This document shows, one piece after another, positions 11,853-24,784 of a DNA stretch of 64,000 bases. The notes under the pieces were generated by a model. It searched no databases. It was not told the DNA's origin and saw nothing but the letters and a program-made list of their open reading frames with translations. This DNA comes from Paraphysomonas bandaiensis (taxonomy: Eukaryota > Protista > Chrysophyceae): NCBI GenBank assembly GCA_965644295.1, contig CBFFRP010000058.1, forward strand, positions 1 through 64,000, given 5' to 3'. The position numbers were made by a program, and so were the translations under genes. Each line of letters starts with the position of its first letter. Position 1 is the stretch's first letter.

Positions 11853-14800
11853 CAGGGGGGATTCGAAATAAACAACAGATTTCAGTTTTTTTTCAAAATA
11901 GTAATTTTTTACCGAGGGCAACAAGGAGTGTTTTTCGTCCCGACCGAAGGGAGGGGCGAAAAAAAACGACTTGGCAGCCCGAGGTGAAAATATTTCTTTT
12001 TGGTATAAGGTTGTGAAAAACGAATTATTGATATTATATAGTCCTCTTCGGTTCATCCAGTGGACCGAGATTTTTTCAAAAGTCCACTGGATGAACCGAA
12101 CAGGCCTACTGCAGTACACAATCAAAAATGCGCTGCATTTGTTCTGTCCCCTTGATTTGTATAGTTGTTCTCGTGATTTTGAATTTGGTAAAATTGTCCT
12201 GGACAAAATCCAAAAAGTACGTATCGGCAGTCAGCATAATTTGTTTCGGGAATAAATTGAAGCAAATATTCTCTACATTACTGCAATATACAACTACGGC
12301 TGGAATTCAGATAATTGTTATCTCAATATTTGAGTCATTTTGGAACGAATTTTTTTTGATTGAACATATCCAGTGCTTTTTAGTAACGAAAGTCATAAGT
12401 CGATCCATCGGAAAATGTCGATCCAGCAAAAAAATCGACCTTTTATTGATATTTCTCTGAAATATATTCGTCAAAAAACAACATGCATCAAAAAAGCCTG
12501 GATTTTTTTGCTGGATCGACATATTCCGCTGGATCGACTTATTCCAGTACCATTAAGTTGTTTCTTAGTAAACGAGGGTACGATGAGGAAATTCGATCGT
12601 ATTCGTTTGAAATTCTGCTCACATGCGATAAGTGTGGTAAATTGAATTTATGCTAAGCGCACACTTTTTCTAGTGAAGATATTAGCATCTTTTCAAGTCG
12701 TTGGAGTGTGTGTTTGTAATGAAAACAACACTTTTTTTTTTGTTCCCGCATATGCGGGATGAAAAAACACTTTGCGGGATGAAAAGAGCTCTTTTCTTCC
12801 CTAGGGAAGAAAAAACGTTTTTTCTACCCTAGGGATGAAAAAGTCCACTTGTCATGTCGATGAGAGACACTAAAATGACTGTTTTTCACAACCGCGTGCC
12901 AAAAATACTTTTTTTCGACTTTTTTTCATCATTTTATGATTTTGATAGTGAAGTGATCATGATGCCTCCCTCTTAAGACAAGCATCACACACACATCATC
13001 CACACCCCTCATACGATGCTCTCCCCCCCACAATAACAACACATGAGATCAGCGTAAGTTCATGTGACCATATGCATATCTCATAACCCTATATTAGGCC
13101 TAACAAGAGGGAAGAGAGAGCAGCCATATCCATCGGATGAGAATCACAGAGATGAGCACACAGCAAGAGGAAGGAGGGACGAGACTCCTCTCTGAGCCCT
13201 CGGGGACTGAGGAACAGCGATCAGAGTAAGTTATTCGATCTGGAGAGGGGCCGAAAGGCTCTGTGCAGTCAGCATATTCAGACTGCTTCGACGGTCTCTG
13301 TTCACATCAGCACAGAGCAGCGCACACACGCAGCTGATATGACTGCGAATGAGATCTGCCATCAGATATCTGTCTATTCATTTATTGGGTATCCCTCTAA
13401 TAGCGTTTTGGTCTGAGTTTGATGTCATCGGAGGTGTTATGTCGAGGTAACGGCTTTGTGTAGATATTGACTATGCCTTGTAATATACGTTGAATACAGA
13501 CGTAATATCACTCCTATTTCAAGAGCCATTGTGGCAACCGCGTACGAAAGAACTGTGGAGGGGTGGATGGAAGTTGATATGCAGAATAAGCTCTCAAGGC
13601 GAGGGAGAACAAGTTACCTGCAGGATTAGTGGAAGTGGTAGGAACTGCGTATCTCATACCTTCGCTCTGGGTCTGTGACAACAGAGACCACAGTACTTGT
13701 CAATGAGTGACAGCAAGCTAACCAGTTGGTCCCGGAGTCAATATATTGGTCTTGTATTGTCCGCTTTTGCCTCAACAGTGAAGTTATTGACACTCATATA
13801 GGCACCATAGCCAAAGAGTGGGAGGTGTGAGATCCCGACACGTTGTAGTAAGTATAAAGGCTCAGTTCTGTCAGTCTGTCAATTCGTTGGGCTGTATCAG
13901 AGTGGGCTGCTACTCCCACAGCAAAGACGTCGCACCATTCACCTCTATTTTTTGATATGACACTGAAGTTTTACCTATATAAAATGGTAGCGGTGATAAA
14001 GGTATATTGCTCTGTAGCAACGACGGTACAAGTGCTAATGAAGTTGTACCGCAGGAGTGAGATTGGTGCTTTGGTGAAGGACCCTAATATCAGCTAGGTT
14101 GTACAGTTCACTCATACAACGGCAGAGAGATGTACAGGATCAGAGGTCGATAACGACGGCGATATTCGAGCAATCCTGCAGTACCTGTTGCGATATGAAG
14201 GTGGTATAATATGTACATAATAATACGTATTGTTATTCCTCATTTATTTCTATACAATCAGGAGTTGACAGGCACTGGCGCAGTATATTCTGCATCTATT
14301 CTTACTGGAAAACGTGGCAGAAGTTCGGTTGATTGTCGATTGTAAGTACTTTTAATTAATCAATAGCCTTTGTATTGTATAGCACTATGTAGTACACATA
14401 TATTATGTATAATGTAACCGTTTCATTCAACATTTTTTGGTCTGCAATTGATATAATTTTTATTATTTGTCATTGCAAACATGTTCTCTTCACATCTACT
14501 ACACTAATTATTGCAATACGTATCATACACTCAACTTAAATCGACTTTCTCAAAATTTCAACAGGTTTGGCGGTTACATCGACTTATGACCATCTAATCG
14601 TTTTTCGTTTATGAGGAATGGCTACCAGAAGATGAAATAGAGTCCAGTAGTGGTACTGGGATTAGTACCAGAAGAAGAAATTGCAAGGGGGCACTATAAA
14701 GGTCTGTGTGATGCTTGTATGTATATATCCGCCAGTGCATATAGCGTATATTTGACCTAATTTTTGGTGATATGTAGAAATCGGAGAAAATTCAAATAAG

Positions 14801-15298
14801 CAACGGGAAGTCGGATCAAGATAGCTTTTTTAACTCTTTACACAGGTGCAATATCATTTTTATCATTTTTATTCAATTTTCTTGAAATATTTTTATATCG
14901 GGAATACACATATATGATGTTTGTTTAGTTGTACTTGTACACTTATTTACGTGGCATATGTATCGAAAAATATAAATATTACTGTAGAATAGCCACTGCT
15001 ATGTCATTGTGTTTCCTTTGCGCTGTAGATGACGTTCTAATTCGTTTATTTCGTGCAGATATGCTATTTTCAAAATTGTGTCTATTTCACTATTCGATAT
15101 ATATTTGGTAAAAATCATGATTTTTTTGGGTAATTTGTGTGTAACTGTACAAGTAAATTAGAATAAGCAACGCCCATGTATTTCAAGATAGCATTTTATA
15201 TAAGTGTTCATATGAATCTATCTAGAGCATCTAGCTAGCTAACTAGCTTAACTTAGCATAGCATTCATCAGACAGTTGTTTATTTCGAATCCCCCCTG
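11853..15298. mobile_element. 3.4-kb TIR DNA element with TA flanks (Tc1/mariner-type ends); no intact transposase
   Basis: Perfect 24-bp TIR CAGGGGGGATTCGAAATAAACAAC (11853-11876 / 15275-15298), with TA on both sides. Internal parts resemble 59146-59280 and 53020-53140. Confidence 0.8.
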
Positions 15299-16560
15299 TA
15301 TATAGTAGAGATGTCAAAAGAATTCTTCTGGAGGCATAAACATCAATTAAAATGCTTATAGTAACTACTTTGACATGTTATTGTAAGTTTTGCTTGTTAG
15401 TAACAGGTTGTAAAAAAGGGAAAAAAAACATTATGAGAGTGCTACTAACTGATACTCATGTTGTTCCCAATTGATGCTTGTTATAATATTATAATTACCA
15501 ATGATCATGATACATATCTTATTAACCCTTACTACATATATATAGTGTAATGCTACTTCATAAACATGATTTGAAGTAATTGCAGTTTTATGGCATCTTG
15601 GAGCGCACGCTTAAGTCGAGCCGCTTGGTCTTGAGCCGCCTGCATACGGAAATATTCCTTGTAACTGCTATCATCATGCATGTTGTTGTTTAACTGTAAC
15701 GCAGTAGAGCAGACGACGTATATGCATTGCTTTCAGAGGACGACGGTGTCCCGTGAGATACAGACATCATGCCAATATGAGGTGCATTAGACATTGCAGG
15801 CATGTTAGGAGGCATAGTGGGTTCTACATGGGACATAATAGTAGAAACATTGTGAGGTGTAGTAGGTGATATATGAGGCATATCAGTAGATATTTAGCTA
15901 TCAACAACGTCCTTTTCAGCAACATCACGACTGGCACAGGCCACAACAAGCTACTGTTCCATGGCAGCCATCCCCTCTCTGTGGTTTTGCTCCTGCTTTT
16001 GAAGACGCAACTCCCCTGCAACGTAGATCTTGCCTTATCGGCTGTGAGGTCAATGACATGATTCTGATATGACAAAAGTGATTAGTATCTGCAAGCTACA
16101 TCAAGTGTATTCATACCGTTGTGTACTTGGACTTTGCAGCTGCTCCTTTTGCTGTGTTGATTCCCTTAACTCCCCCGTTTCTCCCCTTGACACTCCCATT
16201 CGTGGCACCTCGTTTCCCTCTACGTGTTATGCGTTTCTTCGGTGGGGACATCACCGTTGCCATATCATACAGCCTTCACAGAGCTTCACCCTCACGGAGG
16301 CGCCTTTCTGCGCAGAGGAGAATGAGACTTTGCAATCACAGCACTCAATACAAGTGGCGTCATCTCCCTCATATACTCTGATGCACTGGAAAATTCGGAA
16401 ACGGAGTCGTCTCGCATGATCATAATAAGCTCTGCTCAGTGCTTGTATGTATATATATATGCATATATCGCATGTGTGTGTATCACATTCAGATTTGGAC
16501 ACTTTCATCTTGATGTTTGTGTGTGTGTATACACGTATACGTATACCGCTATATGGTATA

Positions 16561-19500
16561 CCACTGTCGGTCAAAACCATGTCATCGGTCAAAACCGTGT
16601 CATTCCCTTTTTTTCAGTTTCTCTCTTCAGTTTGTATTTTGAGTGATTATTATGATCATATCCAACTTTGTCACTCCGTATCTCCACTGATACAAAACCA
16701 TCCACACCTATCAGCATATCCTCATGTTTATCTTGCTCTGCTCTTCCAAATTATCCAAATTGTTTTGGGGTTTGAGCTAAATACTGCTCCGTTCTGTCCC
16801 TCGCATTTCACCTCTCCCGCAACTGAGATTCCACGATCCCAACCAACAGAGACAGACTTTAAGTGATGGGAAATGGTGTGAATGATGGGTGTTGTGAAAG
16901 TGGCGACATCTTACATCTGCTTGTCACCTCCCGAATGTTTCATTGTTGTGAATGTCACACTTATAGATCTCTCTGTCGCATGTGTCCTGCACATATACAC
17001 GTCATAAGTATACATACATTGCACAAACGTATACGTATATGTGCTATATATGTACTGCGCACACATATATGTGCGAATTATATGTATATGTCACATATAT
17101 AAGTCTCTGTTACATACATGCTGCCCATATATATATGTGTGTGTCTCTGTCACAAATGTACTGCATATATATATATGTGCCATATGAATACTTCACACTA
17201 ATACACGTCTGTGACACATATATACTTCAAACATCTATGTATGTATGTCATATATAAACTGCAAGCTTATATGTGTCTCTGTTACATATGATGTGCGATA
17301 TGTAAATATGTCATGTCTATGTTATATGTACACTGCACACATAAAGTGTATATCAGGGCTAGGGAACAATATATTGCAATACTATTGTGACGTATCGTCC
17401 CACCAATACCTAGTTCAATTGTATTTTAAGAGTCTATTGATACTATTACAATGTATTGCAATATACATATTACAATATATTGCAATAGCATTAATATATA
17501 TATAAGTAGTCCGTTGCTAATTACTTACGTTCACTTCATTTCTAGTACTGTTTTTTAAGAGTACATGAGCTTATCACAAACTGTAATGCCTAACACCATT
17601 CCAATACTCGCATTAATGCCATATTCACAATGCATGTCTTCAATTCACTATTATTTGAAAGATGTGTGCATCAGGCCACAAGTGGCGATTAGCTCTTGAA
17701 AATAGAATCACATCAAGTGTATCGGGATGAGTGAGCAATGAGTACTTTTGCGCAGGACGGAGATGATAAGTTTAGCTACGCTGACTAATCTTTCACGTGT
17801 ATTTGACGTGCAGACAACATGACAGTATACGTGTACCTTGGTGTCTAACGGTTTTCTTCTTCAGTTTCTGGGAGGCCTGCGTCAACCTTTGTCCAACTCC
17901 GAATTTTTTATATTTAATATTGTTCTAACTTGCGATTATTATTATATTATGCATGTTGGGCAGTTACGGTTATTCATGGAGGGTAGGCTGCAGTATATGG
18001 TACGCAATAGTTGAGTCTGTACGTGTGTACTGTGCTATAGTAATTCGTAATTCCTACTTTCTATAATCTCTTGACATATTTGGATGGTGAAATACCTTAA
18101 TTAACTATTCTTGAAGTCACACAGTAATAAATTAATAAAATTATAATCAACATCTCTCACTATTCACTGATATTCGTTACAATTATATTCTCTCAACTAC
18201 CAAAAAATATTATCAGATCTTAGAAGTCAAAGTATTTCAGGTTCACTGCTTTTTTCTCATTCTATCTTTAGTTCAAGTAATACTGTATTCACTACTGCAT
18301 TCTTCACGTAACAGCCGTAATTCAGATACCTTTGAAATACAGGTTAAATGCTTACGAACAGCAAAACTCATCTCTTTCATTCGATGAGTAGTATTAATAA
18401 TATCGCCAACATCAATGATATTACATTGCAAAAATGTAGACTTAATTAGATCTCTGGTCTTTTTAATTAATAGCATGCATATAATTCTCGCGAGTTAGAA
18501 TAATATTATATATGAAAAATTCTGAGTTGGACACAGAAGGTTGATGCAGTCCTCCCAGAAGCTGAAGAAGCGAAAAGTTGAGACATCAAGGTATCTATGA
18601 GTAAGGCTCTTCTATTATTCATCAAGCTACGGGAGCATAGTGATAAAAAATCTCTAAATTCGTTATATAGTCATGCGCTTGTCGTGTACACTTCGGTCAA
18701 GTAATATAAGTTTTGCAGAATCCATACAAGCTCAGTACACTACACACTACAGACACTATTCGTCACCTTTAATGATCCGTCATCTTGGTAAAGATGTTTT
18801 GCTGTTTCTAGTACAGTGGTCCAAGAATTGATGCACCACCTACATGATTTCAATCCAAAAGTGATCAACTTTATGTCATTGTGGAATATCATCTAGTTGA
18901 TCGCTACATAGAACCCTATACCTTTAACTATGCTCACAAAATGCATCCAAATCAACATTACGCTTTACAGATGATATAGAGACACTATATAAGCAATATT
19001 GTCTGCACGTCAAATACACGTGAAAGATTAGTCAGCGTAGCTAAACTTATCATCTCCGTCCTGCGCAAAAGTACTCATTGCTCACTCATCCCGATACACT
19101 TGATGTGATTCTATTTTCAAGAGCTAATCGCCACTTGTGGCCTGATGCACACATCTTTCAAATAATAGTGAATTGAAGACATACATTGTGAATATGGCGT
19201 TAATGCGAGTATTGGAATGGTGTTAGGCATTACAGTTTGTGATAAGCTCATGTACTCTTAAAAAACAGTACTAGAAATGAAGTGAACGTAAGTAATTAGC
19301 AACGGACTACTTATATATATATTAATGCTATTGCAATATATTGTAATATGTATATTGCAATATATTGTAATAGTATCAATAGACTCTTAAAATACAATTG
19401 AACTAGGTATTGGTGGGACGATACGTCACAATAGTATTGCAATATATTGTTCCCTAGCCCTGATATACACTTTATGTGTGCAGTGTACATATAACATAGA

Positions 19501-20255
19501 CATGACATATTTACATATCGCACATCATATGTAACAGAGACATATATAAGCTTGCAGTTTATATATGACATACATACATAGATGTTTGAAGTATATATGT
19601 GTCACAGACGTGTATTAGTGTGAAGTATTCATATGGCACATATATATATATGCAGTACATTTGTGACAGAGACACACACATATATATATGGGCAGCATGT
19701 ATGTAACAGAGACTTATATATGTGACATATACATATAATTCGCACATATATGTGTGCGCAGTACATATATAGCACATATACGTATACGTTTGTGCAATGT
19801 ATGTATACTTATGACGTGTATATGTGCAGGACACATGCGACAGAGAGATCTATAAGTGTGACATTCACAACAATGAAACATTCGGGAGGTGACAAGCAGA
19901 TGTAAGATGTCGCCACTTTCACAACACCCATCATTCACACCATTTCCCATCACTTAAAGTCTGTCTCTGTTGGTTGGGATCGTGGAATCTCAGTTGCGGG
20001 AGAGGTGAAATGCGAGGGACAGAACGGAGCAGTATTTAGCTCAAACCCCAAAACAATTTGGATAATTTGGAAGAGCAGAGCAAGATAAACATGAGGATAT
20101 GCTGATAGGTGTGGATGGTTTTGTATCAGTGGAGATACGGAGTGACAAAGTTGGATATGATCATAATAATCACTCAAAATACAAACTGAAGAGAGAAACT
20201 GAAAAAAAGGGAATGACACGGTTTTGACCGATGACATGGTTTTGACCGACAGTGG
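16561..20255. mobile_element. Foldback element: about 1257-bp near-identical inverted arms (16561-17817 / 18999-20255) around a 1.18-kb spacer
   Basis: Mirror-image ORFs on the two strands. Termini CCACTGTCGGTCAAAACC...GGTTTTGACCGACAGTGG, flanked by TATA on both sides (TA or TATA TSD). Confidence 0.85.
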
Positions 20256-20732
20256 TATACTGTACATGATACATATATATGTATATGTATGCTGCTGTAC
20301 ACAGCAAAATATATACATAATTCAAAAATCCCCCCACACTCCACCTCCCCCACAGACAACATGCGGGGAAACACATACATTACCATCATTTGAATATCAC
20401 ACAGCGATAGTCTGCACATCACACACATCACTATCTCGTTGAAGGCATATGCGTGCTTGTGGTTGGTGTCGATTTTGTTAACTGGGAGCAGTATTCATCT
20501 GACCAGCTTCTCTCGTGTATTGTGCTGGCTGGTTGTTGAGTTGGTGGCAGCGTTGTTCCATGTGGTATGAGTGTGATTGATGCGGAATCATACCTACTGA
20601 TCACATTATATCATGGCAGGTATTGGATAAGAGGGTTCCTTGTAACGCTCCTTGCTGAATAGGTGCACTATACATTAATTATTATGAATACTTGTGTTGA
20701 CATACTATCATATACGACTTTACTATCTACAT

Positions 20733-21215
20733 GCCCATGTAACTCTCCAGCTCGGCATCTGTCCTTGTTCTATCAGTGCGAGGGGCCACTCCTCTGTTAG
20801 TTCATAGATATGTTTGCCTTGAGCGGGTGTACATGGTACACGGTGCACATCCAGCTCGGTTCTATTTCTTTGTTGCAGTACAGTAAGGGCCCACTTGCTG
20901 TCTGCATCAGTGAATATAGATACCTACGGAGCGGGTGCATCGTGGTATTTATATGTATGAATGATATATGCATGCTGTCTTTTCAATACGTACCCCATGT
21001 AACTCTCCAGCTCGGCATCTGACCTTGTTCTATCAGTGCGAGGGGCCACTCCTCTGTTAGTTCATAGATATGTTTGCCTTGAGCGGGTGTACATGGTACA
21101 CGGTGCACATCCAGCTCGGTTCTATTTCTTTGTTGCAGTACAGTAAGGGCCCACTTGCTGTCTGCATCAGTGAATATAGATACCTACGGAGCGGGTGCAT
21201 CGTGGTATTTATATA
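20733..21215 (+). repeat. Direct tandem duplication, about 260-bp period
   Basis: 20733-20955 is repeated at 20993-21215; ORFs 20810 and 21070 start identically. Confidence 0.9.
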
Positions 21216-21297
21216 TATGAATACTATATGCGGCGCCAATGTTTTTTTGTCTGTTACACAAGATTCCATGCCTAAACATACTGTACAAATGTGGTAG

Positions 21298-22550
21298 GTG
21301 GAGATGAAGGACCCTCTGGCAATGCTGAACTCCTTTACATCAGTGTGTTGCTGCATTATATGTATGCTGACCTGTGCTTGCGAGGGATGCATGTTGTATA
21401 AGCATAGGCATGTTGACGAGGTCTTTCGTGCTCGTCAGTTACATATGAGTTGTATTGAGGAGATCGCAAGATTAAATCGTGAGGAGAAGAAGGAACTTCT
21501 CCTCGACAAGTTCCGCTCTTTTCAAGTTAGTGTCACCAAAGCGAAGCTCTCGTCGATGAGGGGGAAAGGATGTATATAGTGTGCCGCCGTGGATTCTGTG
21601 TTGCATACAATGTATCCCTCTGGTATATTGAAGGTGTAGTTGACAAGTTAAAGAAGAAACACTTGAATGCATGCTCGCACCTCAATCCACACCCCAGAAT
21701 TCTTGAGTCAGAGCTTCCCTCTGCGGCTTTGCGGAATCATTCAACATCAACCTTACGGCTAATAATCAGCTTGGATCTTTGAGGCTTAGCCACACAGAGA
21801 GGATCAAATGATATGCTCGTCGTGGATGACGTATTACTTTGCCTTGGTGGGTGATATGGTTCCGAATTCGGTCAATGAGATTCATTTAGAACCTATCCCT
21901 AAGAAGGATGTCTATACCTAGTACGTACATGACATGGAGTATCATAATGATACGCCAGTGTCTTACTATGCGTTTCTAACGACCTTGGAAAAACGTTTAT
22001 CCACATGTTAAGGTTCGGAAATACAAAAGCAGCTGCGGCCACTGCAACACATGTACAATGCTGAGCGAAATGCGAAGAAAGTTCAGGGATAAGGAGGGTA
22101 GATTAGAGATTACCAAACTCTTTGCATTTCATCGTTTGAGTACTATGGGGGAGCGTCGCGCCTACTATGATAGAAGAATAGGAGGCATGTTGTCTGCAGC
22201 TAAAGTCCTTTCGACTCTATTCAGGATGGTATACAACAGAATCGCTGTATGCTGCCATGGTTCTGCAATGGAAAGTTCCCACATTTGCATATAAAGCAGC
22301 ATCTACAAGGCGTATTAGTGCATGGGCATAAAATGATTGTATATCGTTCCTTTGCTAACGTTGGTGGTGGTGCCAACTTGGCCATTCACGGGTGGTTGCT
22401 GAGTCTATTTGAATTATACAAAAACAGCGAACTTCCGAAGGTACTTTACCATCAAATTGACGGTGGTGGAAGTGAAAACGCCAATGATGTAGTAATGCTA
22501 GGCCTGTGTGCCCTCCTTGTTGCTTGTGGTATGTTGTAGATAAGATTGTA
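21298..22550 (+). pseudogene. Degenerate DNA transposase remnant (Sola/DUF7869-like)
   Basis: PHVKVRKYKSSCGHCNTC, H...ER.AYY, QHLQGVLVHGH, GANLAIH and LPKVLYHQIDGGGSENAN...LCALLVA resemble the 'LYLQLDN..RENKN' transposase family. Multiple frameshifts. Confidence 0.6.
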
Positions 22551-23069
22551 TTTATGATGCAGCCTCGTTTGACAACTCAACTGTCACCTCACAGTTTGGT
22601 TTGATAACCAAGACTATGGCTCGTGATAACGCTAAACTACTATCACTGTATAGGAATCAAGAAAATGAGACCAAAGAAGTGATATTATTACAGGTAAACT
22701 TTTGTTTTAATCAACTATACTCGAGTGACTGACTCCCGCGAAGAATCAGCACGCAAACACCACCGCTAGTGATGTCAGGTCGCTAGTACCCAACAAGTAT
22801 GGTTAACATAAACAAAACTGAGTCACAACAGTAACATAAAGTATGAAGACAACCGTAGAGCTGCACACACACAACGTCATCCATGTCACACTGTGTTGCA
22901 ACACACAACCACAACGCAGGCTGTGTCATACAAACAGTATAACAATATACAGTCATGCCAACGACTCTATCAAATACGGTTGTACAACACTGTATAATAA
23001 TGTATATCGTGTTGCATTCCTCATAACTACAATTGTACTTGGAAAATACTAGCTAACGTACACTTTCAT

Positions 23070-24784
23070 AACATAACAACAATCTTGCAGCAACATACCA
23101 CCTGCACGTCCTTAAGCTCAGAGTGTATGTCTAAGGCGAAGAGATCCAAGAAAAGACGTGGTAAAGCCTCTCTGCAAAGGTATGAGGAGTCTCGGAGAAA
23201 AGCTATCCGAGAATATGCTGCAGAGCGCCGTTTGGTAGTGATCCAACAGAATAGTTGAGTACTCTTCAAAAAATTCATTCATTGTTGTAAGGCAATAACA
23301 AGCCACAAGTTGATAGTAATGATAGTGTTATTAACTTGTTTTATCAGAGGTTATCTGTGATAATAATGACTAGCATTCTAATCTGTCTTCTATCACAGAC
23401 TACACCTACAGCTTACACTTTGGACATATATATGCCCTTACTCTATACTAATCCACTGTACATATTGGACTGTACATATCCTACACCGTATTGTCATCAT
23501 ACACCGTATAATGGTATACCGTTACCCTACTGTAGCTGGCTGTCTACACTGTATATATCCTGTATACTATACATCCACAGTATAGTGCAATATACAGCAG
23601 TATACTCTCAAACCAAGCTTTCACTCCAATGACAGCCAACCTCCTATACGGGGATGACAACATTCATAGAATCAAAGCGGTTGGAAGACATGCATCCCAG
23701 GACGAACTTCACATAACTTCCATCATTCAGGTTTTTGAAAAGACGAATTAAACCGAATTCTTTATCATCAACCCTCGGGCACCACTTCTTGTTGTCCGAG
23801 TCCAACATTATATATAGACAGTATGGTCTTAAATGCTTGAATCAGCTTCAATTGCTGATTGTAGAACGTTTCAAAAGTAGCTGAGTTTACATGTTTCCAT
23901 TCCATAATTCTGATGTGCTTCAAAGCATCTCTGAGCTCGTTGTAGAAGCCCACACAATTGAACACTCGCGTCTCTCTCGCAACAATTCTCAATAAGTCTG
24001 ATAAGTCCATTGCAGACAAATCTGAATGTGCAATGTTGTAAACATTTCGCAGATGATCCTTTACACTCCTGGATAGAACTTTCTGTACACGATACACAGT
24101 TTCCTCCTCCTCTTGGAATACTAGGATGTCATTAATTGCCTTGGCCACCACTCCTAACTTTAGAGATTCTATGCGCACCGGGCAACGCTTCTCTTCCATC
24201 GTGATGGTAACCGTTCTGGAATTTGCTACCTCCGCACTTTTCTTTAAATCTCTGAAAAGTTTTCCTGGCTTCTTGCCCTTGAATATTTGTTCCGCGGCCA
24301 GACTTTTAGGTACAGTTGCATTCTCTGCATTGGATTCTGACTTACAATCTTCCTCGTCCTCTTTCTGCATTGGATTGGGTCGAAAGTTTGCCAGGTCGCC
24401 CATTGTGGAATATCTGGGCTTCCTTCTCTCCAGTTTAGAAGACTGCTTGTGCTTCGTGCTTGCTGACGCATCAGGGCTACCAGAGTGTTGTGATTGGACT
24501 TGGTCGGTGTCTTCCAATCCATGCACCTTCTCCTCCAGACTCTGCATCCTATCGTTCAATGTTGAGACTGCCGAGACAACGTCTGTGAATGTGGTTGACA
24601 TTGTCCTGAGCGTGTCTAAAATCTCTTGATTGGAGCTTGCACCCGCCGAAGCTTCACTCTTTCCTGCGGCCGCGCTTGGAACTGTTTGCTTAGTTTGAGT
24701 TATTTCTTCCTGAGGAACGTCGGACTTCTTGGGTAAGGTCTTCCTCCCTTGCTTTCCACGCTCACCCTCAGTGGGTGTATGCAT
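23070..24784 (-). pseudogene. Gag-like gene, frameshifted near 23810 and interrupted by a solo LTR
   Basis: ORF 23768-24784 continues in another frame as DDKEFGLIRLF...RFDSM, then [solo LTR], then NEFFEEYST. Homologous to ORFs 1-657 and 2151-3761. Confidence 0.7.
23283..23662 (-). mobile_element. Solo LTR of the Copia family at 28375-39803
   Basis: TGTTG...CAACA ends, 5-bp TSD TTCAT (23278-23282 / 23663-23667), and high identity to the LTRs at 28375 and 39421. Confidence 0.95.

Noticed and set aside
15560-16420. Possible spliced minus-strand gene remnant
   Set aside because: Short coding-like patches with stops; no family recognised.
16447-20318. Cys/Tyr/Ile/His-rich ORFs duplicated on both strands
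   Set aside because: They are translations of alternating purine-pyrimidine low-complexity DNA in the foldback arms.
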